Origin: Candidatus Kaiserbacteria bacterium
GTDB taxonomy: Bacteria; Patescibacteriota; Minisyncoccia; Phycocordibacterales; UBA2100
Direction: 5' to 3'
Length of the DNA: 64,000 nt
Assembly (NCBI GenBank): GCA_016186765.1
Contig: JACPLD010000005.1
Span: 13,785 to 77,784, forward strand
This document shows positions 1-9,816 of the stretch, piece by piece. A program made the translations under genes and the position numbers. The first letter of the stretch is position 1. Each line of letters starts with the position of its first letter. Below the pieces are notes generated by a model. It was not told the origin of the DNA. It saw only the letters and a list, made by a program, of their open reading frames with translations, and ran no database searches.

Positions 1-140
1 GCCACCCAGCTTAGCCACATGGGCACCATCCATCCGCCTATGACCGCGTCCCATCCGAAAAGGACTCGCGCGAGATGAAGGAGCGCGACAAGCGCGAAGA
101 CGCCGGAGGAAACCTTGAAGTACATTTTCTGGTCTCCCAT
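1..140 (-). CDS. partial hypothetical small membrane protein; the N-terminus lies in the window and the rest runs off the 5' edge
   Basis: The reverse-strand ORF opens MGDQKMYFKVSSGVFALVALLHLARVLFGWDAVIGGWMVPMWLSWV with no stop before position 1. The segment is hydrophobic. Confidence 0.3.
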   Translation of the reverse strand, partial: MGDQKMYFKVSSGVFALVALLHLARVLFGWDAVIGGWMVPMWLSWV

Positions 141-226
141 GATCTTATGAACCATATGAAGTGCCTGATTGATAATCCCTCATTCTAGAATTTCGCCGCT
201 CCCTGTCGAGCGCCTTATCCACCCTA

Positions 227-297
227 TGCGGGTACGGGGAATCGAACCCCGATCTAATGCTTGGGAAGCACTCGTTCTGCCACTAAACTATACCCGC
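227..297 (-). tRNA. tRNA-Gly (anticodon CCC), no CCA encoded
   Basis: The reverse complement GCGGGTATAGTTTAGTGGCAGAACGAGTGCTTCCCAAGCATTAGATCGGGGTTCGATTCCCCGTACCCGCA folds as a cloverleaf: 7-bp acceptor GCGGGTA/TACCCGC, anticodon stem AGTGC/GCATT, loop TTCCCAA, and T-loop GGTTCGATTCC. Confidence 0.85.
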
Positions 298-336
298 CCT
301 CATTGGGTAAAAATCTATCAAAATTTCCAGACTCTA

Positions 337-446
337 GCGAGCGTGCGCAAGCGTTTTGGAGTCTTCGCGCAGGCCGATGAGGCCGAGCGGGAGCAAATTT
401 TCAGCAGAAAATTATGCGACTCCAAAATGATTGTGCACGCGAGCAT
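337..446. repeat. copy 1 of a ~100-nt structured palindromic intergenic repeat; conserved core ttcgcgcaggccgatgaggc..agcgggagcaaattttcagcagaaaattatgcgac
   Basis: The core is near-identical to the copies at 2845-2953, 16290-16398 and 23953-24044. Flanking arms gcgttttggagtc/gactccaaaa are complementary, and there is an inner hairpin aattttc-agca-gaaaatt. Confidence 0.8.
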
Positions 447-448
447 AT

Positions 449-823
449 CTACCACCGCCAAAACGTCTTTCGAAACCATTCGCGGAGGGTGGAAGTTGCG
501 TGGATGGGCGCAGAAGTCGGCCGCTCGACAATCACAATGAGCCCCTCCCCTCTTTCCGCAAATCCGTACTGCTCGCGCAGCGTTTCTTCGAGACCGCGAT
601 CGCTCTCGAGCATTTCGATGTCGGCCGAGAGCTGCTGCTGCCGAGCAAGAAGATCGGCACGCTCGAGCTCAGCTTCCGCCTTGCGCGATGCAGATTCGCG
701 CTCTTTTTGAAACACGCCCCACACTCCAGAAGCAGCAAAGAGCGCGAGAGCGGCGAGCGCAAGGAGGCCGAGGCGCTTCAAAAAAAGCCGTGTGGCAGTC
801 TGTCGCTGGTTTCGTGACCACAT
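449..823 (-). CDS. ftsB: FtsB/DivIC-like septum formation initiator (cell division protein)
   Basis: The 124-aa product has an N-terminal TM helix (LGLLALAALALFAASGVWGVF), a coiled coil, and a C-terminal REQYGFAERGE..IVIV motif typical of the FtsB family. Confidence 0.55.
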   Translation of the reverse strand: MWSRNQRQTATRLFLKRLGLLALAALALFAASGVWGVFQKERESASRKAEAELERADLLARQQQLSADIEMLESDRGLEETLREQYGFAERGEGLIVIVERPTSAPIHATSTLREWFRKTFWRW

Positions 824-896
824 GTTGCAATCTTATCACTGACACGATTTGCATTTTTTCCTATTCCCTATACCCTATTCCCTATCACCTACCCAT

Positions 897-1019
897 ATGA
901 GCTTTCTCTTCGACAAGCGCACGAAAAAAGTCATCAATGCCGCATGGGGAGTCATCGCCGTTCTCATCATCATCGGCATGGTTATCTTCTTCGCCCCCGG
1001 CCTCATATACGGCATCTAG
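897..1019 (+). CDS. possible 40-aa small membrane protein
   Basis: The short ORF MSFLFDKRTKKVINAAWGVIAVLIIIGMVIFFAPGLIYGI has one hydrophobic helix and is convergent with the lepA stop. It is not in the ORF track because it is under 60 aa. Confidence 0.2.
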   Translation: MSFLFDKRTKKVINAAWGVIAVLIIIGMVIFFAPGLIYGI

Positions 1020-2791
1020 CTTTCCCGCACTACTTTAAGAAATACCTCGTGAGGTATTTCTACTCTGCCTCGGGCTAACATTTTTTTCTTTCCGCGCTTT
1101 TGTTTCTCGAGGAGCTTCATCTTCCGTGTCACGTCGCCGCCGTAGAGGTAGCCGGTCACATCCTTGCGAAGCGCGTTTAGGCGGCGCGCCGCGATAATGC
1201 GTCCACCTGCTTTCGCCTGGACCTTCAGCACGAAAAGCTGCCGCGGGAGAAGCTTCTCGAGTTTCTCGACTATCGCTTCCGCTTCAGTCTGAAGCCTTCG
1301 ACGGGAGACGATGCGCGTAAACGCGGGCACGGGTTCCTCCGCAATCAAGACATCGAGTCGCACGACATCCGCCTCGCGAAGGCCGACGAGCTCGTAGGAG
1401 AGCGAGGCAAAACCGCTCGAGATGCTCTTCAGCCTGTCGAAAAATGCTCGCATCAATTCTCTGAGTGGCATCTCTGCGGAGATCCGGACTTTTCCATCGG
1501 GAAGAGTCTCTGTATGTCCCACACTGCCCTCGTGCTCATAGAGAAGCTGCGATATGCTGCCCACGTATTGCGCTGGCGTGATGACATGGACGTTGCTCCA
1601 CATCTCGCGTATCCGCTTAGCCCCGCCGTCGTCCGGAAATCGCGCGGGCGAGTAGACTTCTTCTACCGCTCCGTTGATTCGCGTTACCTCGTAGACAGTT
1701 GTCGGCTGCGTCACCACGAGCGCAAGGCCGAACTCTCGCCTTAGACGCTCGATTACGATCTCGAGATGGAGCATTCCCAAAAAGCCGCAGCGGAAGCCCT
1801 TGCCCATGACGCCCGAGCTTTCTTCTTCATACGAGAGAGAAGAATCGGAAAGACGCAGGCGCTCAAGCGATTGTCGCAGAGAGGGCAGATCGTCCTGCGA
1901 CTCCGGATACACTGAGGCCCAAATGACAGGCGTCGGCCGTAGAAAGCCGGGAAGCGCCGGGGCACCTTCTCGCGCAGAGGTGACCGTATCTCCGACCGAA
2001 GTGACACCGGGCTTCTTTATGCCGGTCACGACGTATCCGATCTCCCCTGCGAGAAGCTCGTCGCGCGGAGAGTAGTCGGGAGTAAGTACACCAACCTCGA
2101 GTGCCTTGAACGATTCTTTTGCCGCCGAGAGTGCCAAGGCCTCTCCCGCGCGTAGCCGACCTCCGAAGACGCGTGTGTATATGATGACACCGCGGTGGTC
2201 CGAATATCCGAAGTCAAACACGAGCGCTTGGGTTTTCTCTCCCGTCGCGGGAGGAGGAATTCGCTCAACAATCGCATCGAGAAGAGTTGCGACTCCCTCC
2301 CCTGTCTTTCCCGACGTCTTGAGAACAGACGATTCAGACACGCTAAGAAGGAGCGCGAGCTCGCTCACTATATCGTCCGTTCGCGCAAGTGGCACGTCGA
2401 TTTTCGACACGACAGGAATGACTATTCTCTTCAGATCTTTGGCGACAGAAAGAACAGACAGCGTTTGGGCCTCCACTCCCTGCGTCGCGTCCACGAGAAG
2501 CACGACGCCCTCAACCGCAGAGAGCGCTCGCGATACCTCGTATGAAAAATCAACGTGCCCCGGCGTGTCTATCAAATTGAGCACGTACTCGACGCCGCCG
2601 TTGTGCCACGTCATCCGCACCGGAGCCATCTTGATGGTGATACCGCGCTCGCGCTCGAGCTCCATGCGATCCAGGACCTGCTCTTGCATCCGCCGCGGCT
2701 CGATCGTGCCCGTTATTTCGAGCATGCGATCGGCGAGCGTAGATTTGCCATGATCGATGTGTGCGATGATGCTGAAGTTCCGTATGTTCAT
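1016..2791 (-). CDS. lepA: elongation factor 4 (LepA), translational GTPase
   Basis: The 591-aa product carries the N-terminal G-domain motifs NFSIIAHIDHGKSTLADR and DTPGHVDF, and the C-terminal LepA-specific region YGGDVTRKMKLLEKQKRGKKKM. Confidence 0.95.
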   Translation of the reverse strand: MNIRNFSIIAHIDHGKSTLADRMLEITGTIEPRRMQEQVLDRMELERERGITIKMAPVRMTWHNGGVEYVLNLIDTPGHVDFSYEVSRALSAVEGVVLLVDATQGVEAQTLSVLSVAKDLKRIVIPVVSKIDVPLARTDDIVSELALLLSVSESSVLKTSGKTGEGVATLLDAIVERIPPPATGEKTQALVFDFGYSDHRGVIIYTRVFGGRLRAGEALALSAAKESFKALEVGVLTPDYSPRDELLAGEIGYVVTGIKKPGVTSVGDTVTSAREGAPALPGFLRPTPVIWASVYPESQDDLPSLRQSLERLRLSDSSLSYEEESSGVMGKGFRCGFLGMLHLEIVIERLRREFGLALVVTQPTTVYEVTRINGAVEEVYSPARFPDDGGAKRIREMWSNVHVITPAQYVGSISQLLYEHEGSVGHTETLPDGKVRISAEMPLRELMRAFFDRLKSISSGFASLSYELVGLREADVVRLDVLIAEEPVPAFTRIVSRRRLQTEAEAIVEKLEKLLPRQLFVLKVQAKAGGRIIAARRLNALRKDVTGYLYGGDVTRKMKLLEKQKRGKKKMLARGRVEIPHEVFLKVVRES

Positions 2792-2844
2792 ACGTGAAGT
2801 ATCCTATCCTAGCAGATGCTGGACATATCGCATTCTAACTACAG

Positions 2845-2953
2845 CGAGTCGGATGCGTGCGGTTCCGGGGTCTTCGCGCAGGCCGATGAGGCTTCAGCGG
2901 GAGCAAATTTTCAGCAGAAAATTATGCGACCCAAGGACTGCACGCATCCGCGA
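2845..2953. repeat. copy 2 of the structured palindromic intergenic repeat
   Basis: It has the same core as 361-420, flanked by the long imperfect inverted repeat ggatgcgtgcggttccggggtc / gacccaaggactgcacgcatcc. It lies between the murJ stop and the lepA start. Confidence 0.8.
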
Positions 2954-2958
2954 GTACC

Positions 2959-4656
2959 CTATTGCGGAGACGACGGCCCGATCTCTTCGGCAGATGCTAT
3001 AGGTTGCGCTTGCGGCAGCGGCGCCCTCCAGAGCCGCCCGCGGATCGCGGAAACTGTCTCCAAGTACTCGCGATTATTGAGAAACGCGTACACAAGTACG
3101 GCCCCGCATATTCCGGCGATGCCACCCGCAAGCCCGCGCAGAAAAACCGAGAGCAGCGTCGAAGATAGTGTAAGCGGCCCCACGAGGGTGAGTGTCGCAT
3201 AGGCGATGATGGCTGCGCCGATGCCCGCGAGGACGGCGTGCATGAGAGAAACCTTTATCAACGAAAAGAATCCTCCGAAACGCTGCTCGAAATGGATCAC
3301 AAGTGCCACCGCTGATGCGACAGAGACGAGCGAAAACGCGATCGGGAGTGCCACGATGGAGCTTCCGGGAACGTCATCGAGCCGCAGTACGCGCTCAATA
3401 AAACTCAGTAGGGCGGTGTCGGATAGGGCGGAGGAGAAGCGCGAAGCGAGAACAAGTGTGAGCCCGGTCGAAAGTATCGCGATGAAAAATGGAACGAAGG
3501 TGCGCCCTGCCGCGTAGTAGGCGCGAGTAAGCAACAAGAGCAGGGCCTGCGCCGCAAGCGAGATGGAGAGGAGCGCAAAAACCGCGGCGGTGAGACGCGT
3601 GTCGGTCCAATCGAAGGAACCGCTTCCGAGAACGACGCGCACGATGTGTGCGCGAAGCACCACAATGAGACCCAGCGCGGGAAGCGACCAGAAGAGTATG
3701 TAGCGCGCGGCAGTCGCAACGTACTCGACGAATTCCCGTGTGCGGCCGTTCGCAAGCGCCGAAGCGAGCGTCGGGAATGCGGCAACAGAGTAGGAAGCGC
3801 CGATTACCGAGAGAGGAACACTTGCTAGATTGAACCCAAAGATGTACACCGCGATAGAGCCCACGGAAAGTCCGGAGGCAAGCGAGATCAAACCCGTGAA
3901 CGTAACTTGATTCATCGAGAGCGTGAGTGCGCGCGGGATTGATATCGCCGCCGTCTGCAGCAGTGCGATACCATCTCTAAACTTTGGAAACGAGCGGAAA
4001 AATCCTTCACCCACGATCGAAGGAAGCTGGATCCCTAGGTGAAGTGAAGCGCCGAGAACAACTCCCCACGCTAATCCCACGATCCCGAGGGATGGGTAGA
4101 GCGCGAGAAGCCCGACAATGATGCCGAGGTTATAGAGGAGAGGCGAGATGGCATACAGTAGGTAGCGTCCACGTGTTTGGGTGATGCTCGCGAGAATGTT
4201 GGAGAGCCCCAAAAGAATCGGTTGCAGGAGCATGATGCGCGAGAGCATCGTAAGGCTCTCGTGGTAGCCAAGTGCCAAAAACTGAGGAAAGAGCGCCGCG
4301 ATGAGAGACGGCGCGAGGAATGCAGCGCCGAGAGAGAGGGCCACCGCAAGCGAACTGAAGCCGAGAACGATCGTGTCGATGTAGTCTTTTTGTCGCTCAA
4401 GCGAGCGGCGCGAGAGCTCAGGAATGAGAATGTAAACAGAGACCAAGGAGCCGATCGTGACGAACAGGAAGTCAGGTATGCGGAATGCCGCGTAGTAGAG
4501 GTCGAGCTCGGCTCCAGCGCCGAAGGTATGCGCGAAGAGGCGATCACGCACAAGTGCCAAGAGCGAGGAGAGGAGTGCAGAGATCGCCAAGACGTACACT
4601 GCCGTCTGCAAACCCCGCACCGGAGAAGCGAGTAGACGGAGGGTTTCTCGCATCAT
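2959..4656 (-). CDS. murJ: lipid II flippase MurJ (MviN family)
   Basis: The 565-aa polytopic membrane protein has more than 12 predicted TM segments and a MurJ-like N-terminus (RETLRLLASPVRGL...AFRIPDFLF). Confidence 0.8.
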   Translation of the reverse strand: MMRETLRLLASPVRGLQTAVYVLAISALLSSLLALVRDRLFAHTFGAGAELDLYYAAFRIPDFLFVTIGSLVSVYILIPELSRRSLERQKDYIDTIVLGFSSLAVALSLGAAFLAPSLIAALFPQFLALGYHESLTMLSRIMLLQPILLGLSNILASITQTRGRYLLYAISPLLYNLGIIVGLLALYPSLGIVGLAWGVVLGASLHLGIQLPSIVGEGFFRSFPKFRDGIALLQTAAISIPRALTLSMNQVTFTGLISLASGLSVGSIAVYIFGFNLASVPLSVIGASYSVAAFPTLASALANGRTREFVEYVATAARYILFWSLPALGLIVVLRAHIVRVVLGSGSFDWTDTRLTAAVFALLSISLAAQALLLLLTRAYYAAGRTFVPFFIAILSTGLTLVLASRFSSALSDTALLSFIERVLRLDDVPGSSIVALPIAFSLVSVASAVALVIHFEQRFGGFFSLIKVSLMHAVLAGIGAAIIAYATLTLVGPLTLSSTLLSVFLRGLAGGIAGICGAVLVYAFLNNREYLETVSAIRGRLWRAPLPQAQPIASAEEIGPSSPQ

Positions 4657-4662
4657 GAAAAC

Positions 4663-6939
4663 CTATCTCCTCGAAGGAGCGAACGGATCGCGACCAGACT
4701 GAATTTTTTCTATAATGTCCGCAAGTGCAGCATCATTTGGATTGGTGAGAGCAACTATCCTCAAGACCCGGAGTGCGTCTTCCTTCCGGTCAAGCCGATA
4801 GTACGAAAGTCCCAAGAGAAAGAGCGCGTTCGCGTAATTTTGCTCGAACGCGACCGCACGCTCGAACGCTCTCGCGGCGTTCTCGTACTCCCCACTTGCG
4901 TAGAGTATCGTCCCGTAGTTGTACCAGCCGAGCGGATCCTGTGCGGCGACCTGTACGACTGCCTCCGCATGCTGTTTAGCTTCCGCTAGCGCGTTCGCGC
5001 GCGCGTGGATCTGCGAGAGGAGAAAGTGCGCGGCGGCGAGATCAGGCTTAATACCGATCGCAGTTTCGAGATTCGTGCGAGCCGCCGTATCGTCGCCACG
5101 CGCAAGATCGAGTTGGGCGAGACCGAGATACGGAAGTGGGTTCGTAGGACTCATCGAAGCTGCCTCGCGATAGGCATCATGAGCCGCCTGTTCCGCTCCC
5201 GAAACACCTGCACCGGCGAGCTCGCCGTAGAGTCGCGCGAGCGTGAGCCAGTTCTGGTAGTCTCGACTTTCAATGTTCACGGCGGCGAGTCCATGCTGGA
5301 TCGTCGCATTCAGTGTCCCTTGCAGCTCAGCCTGCGCCTCCGAACTCCCATCAGATTGGCTTACAAGAGCTGCGAGCTGCAAAAGACCAAGCTCAACACC
5401 TGCACGATGCGCGCGGTCGCTCCCCGGCAAAACGAGAAGTGCGAGCGCGATCGATTTCGACGCCTTGCCGATATCTTGCGTTCCCGAGTAGAGCACGACC
5501 GCGCGATTCACGAGCATGTCCGAAACGAGCGCGCGCGTCGACTGCACACCACCGAAAAGGAGAACGAGGCCCGAGAGCGATAGCACGGAGGCGGCAACTT
5601 TTCCCTTCCAAGATTCCCACGAAAGAGAGAAACGAGAGCGCGAGACCGCGCCCGTGAGGAGCTCCTCTCCGATCATGGCACCAAAGATAAGAAATGTGAG
5701 GAGGGATAGTGCCGGGCCGGGAACGTAGAAGATGTGATAGGTCGTGAGAAAGACAGCAGCGAGAACGAGCGCAGCGCGTATGCGAGAGGCATTTCCCGCA
5801 TCACGAAAGAGCCGCACGAGACGGGAGAGGAGTGCAAGGGTCACGGCGAGCCACGCGACAAGACCCGCTATGCCCGTCGTCACGAAGGAGGTTGGGATAA
5901 AACCAACGCCATAGTAAAAGTCTGTGTTCCAAAATTGCGTCGTATTCACCGAGAGCGGTTTGTAGCGGCCCCACTCGCGAGGAAATGTGTTGGGGCCGGA
6001 ACCGAAGAAAATCTGCGTAGGTTCCGCGAACACTTCGCGACCAATCGCGAAGGTGCCCTGCCACGAAGGTCGCACCTCTACTTGCGTTATCTGAAGCGGC
6101 GAGGGGAGCTTTCGCTGGATAAGCGTTCCCCCGAAGTAGGGAGCAAGCGAAAGGAGCGCAAAGAGGAGAAAGAGCAGGGCGACTCCATGTCCGCCGAAAC
6201 GCGGGCTTGCTGGTTGCGCTCGGAAGCGAAAGAGCGCGTAGAGCAAACTCGCACCTCCGAAGGCAAGCCACACGTCTGCATAGTTGATGACAAGGAGAAG
6301 CGCGAAAGAGCCGAGCGTGACGACAATCCCCACATAGCGCCACGCGCCGCTACAGACCGACGTTGGCAAGAGTATGAGCGAAAGAAAAAGCGCAAGCGAG
6401 AGATAGATGCCAAGATCATGCCAACTGCCGACGATAGAGCTCGCCGGGAATTCGAGCACGCCGCCAAAGGTGAATGTAGGGTACGCAAGATGCACAGACT
6501 GAACCGCGAGCACGACGAGCGTACCCGTAAGAAGAAGACGCAGGGCGAGTGCGGGCCTCTCTCTTTGCGCGCCGAGTACTGTTGCCGAGAGAAAGAGCGC
6601 CGCGTACCAAATTGCGAACGTGACAACCGTGTCCTGCCCACTACCGTCACCAATAAACGATTCCCACGACGGTCCCGCGACGAGTGCAGAAACGAGGTAC
6701 GCAAGCGGAATAAGAAGCGCCGCGATGAGAAGCGGGCTTTTCGGAATATGGAATTCGGAATCCCGTAGAGACATGACGATCCACGCGAGGAAGCCAACGG
6801 GTGCAACAACAACTGCGAGGAGTACCTTCGCCTGTGCGACGCCCACCCATGACACGGGGATAAAGAAAAAAGGAGTGAGCAAGAAGAGGAGGAATGCCGA
6901 CCATCGAGCTACCGCTTCTGCTCCTGCAAAATACTGCAT
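4663..6939 (-). CDS. O-antigen ligase (Wzy_C)-like polytopic membrane protein with C-terminal TPR repeats
   Basis: The product has many TM helices followed by a soluble C-terminal TPR-like region (YNYGTILYASGEYENAARAFERAVAFEQNYANALFLLGLSYYRL). I re-set the start to the internal Met (MQYFAGAE..) because the ORF-track 5' extension to 7023 overlaps the 3' end of RNase P RNA. Confidence 0.7.
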   Translation of the reverse strand: MQYFAGAEAVARWSAFLLFLLTPFFFIPVSWVGVAQAKVLLAVVVAPVGFLAWIVMSLRDSEFHIPKSPLLIAALLIPLAYLVSALVAGPSWESFIGDGSGQDTVVTFAIWYAALFLSATVLGAQRERPALALRLLLTGTLVVLAVQSVHLAYPTFTFGGVLEFPASSIVGSWHDLGIYLSLALFLSLILLPTSVCSGAWRYVGIVVTLGSFALLLVINYADVWLAFGGASLLYALFRFRAQPASPRFGGHGVALLFLLFALLSLAPYFGGTLIQRKLPSPLQITQVEVRPSWQGTFAIGREVFAEPTQIFFGSGPNTFPREWGRYKPLSVNTTQFWNTDFYYGVGFIPTSFVTTGIAGLVAWLAVTLALLSRLVRLFRDAGNASRIRAALVLAAVFLTTYHIFYVPGPALSLLTFLIFGAMIGEELLTGAVSRSRFSLSWESWKGKVAASVLSLSGLVLLFGGVQSTRALVSDMLVNRAVVLYSGTQDIGKASKSIALALLVLPGSDRAHRAGVELGLLQLAALVSQSDGSSEAQAELQGTLNATIQHGLAAVNIESRDYQNWLTLARLYGELAGAGVSGAEQAAHDAYREAASMSPTNPLPYLGLAQLDLARGDDTAARTNLETAIGIKPDLAAAHFLLSQIHARANALAEAKQHAEAVVQVAAQDPLGWYNYGTILYASGEYENAARAFERAVAFEQNYANALFLLGLSYYRLDRKEDALRVLRIVALTNPNDAALADIIEKIQSGRDPFAPSRR

Positions 6940-6959
6940 CGAGGAAGAGTATAGCACAT

Positions 6960-6987
6960 GCAAAATCCCCCTTGCGGGGGATTTTGC
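6960..6987 (-). terminator. GC-rich hairpin immediately 3' of rnpB (possible terminator or processing stem)
   Basis: The sequence gcaaaatccccc-ttgc-gggggattttgc forms a perfect 12-bp stem with a 4-nt loop. It is followed, in minus-strand sense, by AUGUGCUAUACUCUU. Confidence 0.4.
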
Positions 6988-7320
6988 CTGCGAAGTAAGC
7001 CGGATTCTGTCGGGGACAGTCATCTATCTGGGATCGTCGTTGCCGACAACCTCAAGCGGCTCTTCCAACAGCGATTTCAATTGAGAATCACGGTTGGACA
7101 CGGCCTTGCACGCAGGTAGGAATTTTGCCGTTTCATTTTCGCCTTTCGACGAAACCACTCCCGAAGGAGTTCTAGCCTCTCGGCATCGACGTTTCTGTTC
7201 GCATCCCTATCCTCTCGGACGACGGGCGTTACCCGCTACCCTGCTATCCGCCAGCTGGCGGATGCGTGTCCGGACTTTCCTCCCCTGCTTTCGCAGGAGC
7301 GACTGCCTAACGCAGGTGTA
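6987..7320 (-). ncRNA. rnpB: RNase P RNA (bacterial type A-like), boundaries approximate
   Basis: The minus-strand sequence contains GGGGAGGAAAGUCCGGAC (P4 5' strand; E. coli has GGGGAGGAAAGUCCGGGC). It also has GCAGGGUAGCGGGUAACGCC, CAAGGCC, and the 3' block GACUGUCCCCGACAGAAUCCGGCUUAC (E. coli has GACUGUCCACGACAGAACCCGGCUUAU). A P1 pairing CCUGCG/CGCAGG is present. Confidence 0.85.
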
Positions 7321-7354
7321 CAGTATACCAAATTGTGCGCAGCAAACCAAGCAG

Positions 7355-9721
7355 TTAGACAATTTCGCACGTCCCACCCGCGCAGGCCAATTCTTTCGCC
7401 TGCTCGGTTTCGTCGGTGCGTTCGTAGATGATAAGTTTCGAGTAGTCCACCTGTGGGAATTGTGCTACACGTTGCTCGTAGGTTTTCTTATCGATTGCTT
7501 CATAGGGAGCTAAGCGGTAGACATGATTAGAGCGGGGCAGGAACGAAAGGCCGCCGATGATGTCCCAGTTCTCGTACAGCCACGCGACGACTTGCACCCA
7601 CTCTTCTTCTCCCACCGAGATCGTCGCCGAAGGATTATGCTCGGTGAAATTCAATTTCACCGTCTTCCAGTACTCAAGCTGCTCAATTGCCGAGAGATCA
7701 TCCTTGAACACGGAGCCGGCAGGCGCCTTTACCGGAAACTCCAGCACATACGTGTTCGCCTCGCCCGCGACCTGGCCCACTTCAGGGTTATGCGGAACAC
7801 CTTGGTCGCGCACCATCTTGTAGAGCGAGTCGGTCGCAGAGATGCGGATGCGGCGGATGTAATAGTGCGAGTGGCGCGGGTGCACGCCTGAAGAGCAATC
7901 AAAGGTCTGCGATACAGTACCCGAGGGCTTCACGCACGTAATCGAGTGCGACGGATTGATGCCGAAGCGTTTCGCGTATATCTCGTTCGTCTTGAGGGCG
8001 GCCTGCCGCATTTTGCGAAGCGTCGAAGGATTGCGAACTGCCGGGCTGTCCCACTGCCCCGTAATCGAAACCCCCAGCAGCCGCTCGGCTTCGCAATTTT
8101 TCTTCCAGTCCTCCGATATGTAACGGAAATTCGTGAGCGTTGACTGATACGTGCCGAGGAGCGTCGCGAGTTTCGTTTTCCGGACGAGCGATGTTTCCGT
8201 ATCGTATGGACGCGCGATCACCTCTGAGAGATTGCAGAACTGGTGCGACTGCAGAATGATCTCCGCGCATGGGTTTGTGCCGAGCTGACCGATGAACCCG
8301 TTCTTCTTACCGTATTTTTTGCGCAGGTACTCAAGACGCCGTTTGGGCAAGGTCTTGGGAAGTGAGCCGCGGTTGAAGATGCCCCGCTCTCCTGTGCCGC
8401 TCTTCATCAAAGCAACCCATTCGTCCATCAACTCGGCGTTCGTCGGCTTCTCCTCGTAGACAGCGGAGTTGTTGGCGACAGAGCGGTACGGATCGGTGAG
8501 GAAAAATTGCCCCTTTTTGGCGTCGCGGATCTCAACATCGTCCAGGTCCGACAGCGAGATCATTGCCGTGCGGCGCACACCGCCCGCAACGACGCATTCG
8601 CCGATCTTGCAGATGATGTCGTGCGCGTCGATGTTGCGAAGGCGCCTTCCTTGTCGCTTCAAGATCCGCTCACGTGCGAAGGATAGAAGCGAGCGGAGCG
8701 GCTCGGGTCCCGAGGCTTTGCCCCCCATCGTTTTGAGGCGTGCGCCCGCAGGGCGAATAAGCGAGAAATCAAAATCGATGTCTTTACCGCCATACCAGCA
8801 CTTCAGACCTAAGGTGAGTGCATCGCACCAGCCCTCTTTCGTGTCGGCCACAACGTGCATGGGCAACTTTTCTCCGGTTTGCTTTTCGATTTGCGGGAGC
8901 TGCTGAACGTTGTAACTTTCAACGGCGTAGCCGACACCGCAGCCCTGCATCGAGAGATACATGATCTCGGCAAAATCTTCGAGCTTGCGCGGCGCGATGA
9001 AGCTGCAGTTGTAGAAGCATGTGTTGCACTTGCGCGCTGGATCTCCAGAAAATTGCATTGCTCGCATGCTAGGCATCACCTCCTGGTTGAGGATCGCCTC
9101 ACGCACCTCCGCGTATTCACGGGCTTTTAGTTTTTCGCCGAGATTCTCGCGCATGAAATTCACGTAGCGATCAACCGTCTCGATCCACGTCTCGCGGCGC
9201 TGCTCGCTCTCGATCCATCGCGCGTAGGTGCGGAGATACACGAATTCACCCAAAGGGTTATTCTTGAAATATTTTTTACTCTCTTCCGAGAGTTTTCGCA
9301 CGTGCTCCGGCACTTCTCCCTGCTCTTTGCGGATCTTCGAGCGCTCCGCGCGGTACAAAATGTATGCTTTCGAGGTGGCGACGTAATCCGAAAGCATCAG
9401 TTGTTTTTCAACCTCATCTTGGCAACCTTCCACCGTGGGCAAAAAATTCTTATAGGTCTTTGCAATGCGCATCATCTCTCCCGCAACCTTGTGCGCGACG
9501 ACGAGCGCCTCAAGAGGTGTGCCTTCATTGCTCGCTTTCATCGCCTTTTCGATCACCGCGACAATCTTTTGGAACTCGAACGGTACGATGCGTCCGTCAC
9601 GTTTTTGAATTTGCGGGAGATATTTTTTGTACACACGCATCGCGACGCCATCTCCTATGATGCTCACACGCGCCGCAGAGGAGCGCGTTTTCGACCTTTC
9701 CCGCACTGTTGTTTTTGCCAT
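7355..9721 (-). CDS. ribonucleotide reductase large subunit, probably class II (B12-dependent NrdJ-like), with N-terminal ATP-cone
   Basis: The 788-aa product has an ATP-cone (VIKRDGRIVPFEFQKIVAVIEKAM), the NPCAEIIL active-site motif, and a C-terminal CAGGTC cysteine pair. No NrdB partner and no glycyl-radical motif are present. Confidence 0.75.
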   Translation of the reverse strand: MAKTTVRERSKTRSSAARVSIIGDGVAMRVYKKYLPQIQKRDGRIVPFEFQKIVAVIEKAMKASNEGTPLEALVVAHKVAGEMMRIAKTYKNFLPTVEGCQDEVEKQLMLSDYVATSKAYILYRAERSKIRKEQGEVPEHVRKLSEESKKYFKNNPLGEFVYLRTYARWIESEQRRETWIETVDRYVNFMRENLGEKLKAREYAEVREAILNQEVMPSMRAMQFSGDPARKCNTCFYNCSFIAPRKLEDFAEIMYLSMQGCGVGYAVESYNVQQLPQIEKQTGEKLPMHVVADTKEGWCDALTLGLKCWYGGKDIDFDFSLIRPAGARLKTMGGKASGPEPLRSLLSFARERILKRQGRRLRNIDAHDIICKIGECVVAGGVRRTAMISLSDLDDVEIRDAKKGQFFLTDPYRSVANNSAVYEEKPTNAELMDEWVALMKSGTGERGIFNRGSLPKTLPKRRLEYLRKKYGKKNGFIGQLGTNPCAEIILQSHQFCNLSEVIARPYDTETSLVRKTKLATLLGTYQSTLTNFRYISEDWKKNCEAERLLGVSITGQWDSPAVRNPSTLRKMRQAALKTNEIYAKRFGINPSHSITCVKPSGTVSQTFDCSSGVHPRHSHYYIRRIRISATDSLYKMVRDQGVPHNPEVGQVAGEANTYVLEFPVKAPAGSVFKDDLSAIEQLEYWKTVKLNFTEHNPSATISVGEEEWVQVVAWLYENWDIIGGLSFLPRSNHVYRLAPYEAIDKKTYEQRVAQFPQVDYSKLIIYERTDETEQAKELACAGGTCEIV

Positions 9722-9816
9722 ACGTGGAGGTTACTTTATTAAAGGACGTTCATTGTACCCCTGTGATCTGGAAGATTTCTAAACAGCGAGCTGTGGAAAA
9801 CCCACCTCTTCGACCT

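Noticed and set aside
5734-6768. 344-aa plus-strand ORF of strongly Arg/Glu/Lys-biased composition
   Set aside because: It lies entirely antisense to the polytopic O-antigen-ligase/TPR gene. Its composition is typical of a reverse-frame reading of a GC-rich membrane-protein gene, and it has no motifs.
9722-9816. Cobalamin riboswitch upstream of the class II-like ribonucleotide reductase
   Set aside because: The leader is only about 95 nt and lacks the B12-box. Function would in any case be the opposite of what is expected for a B12-dependent enzyme.
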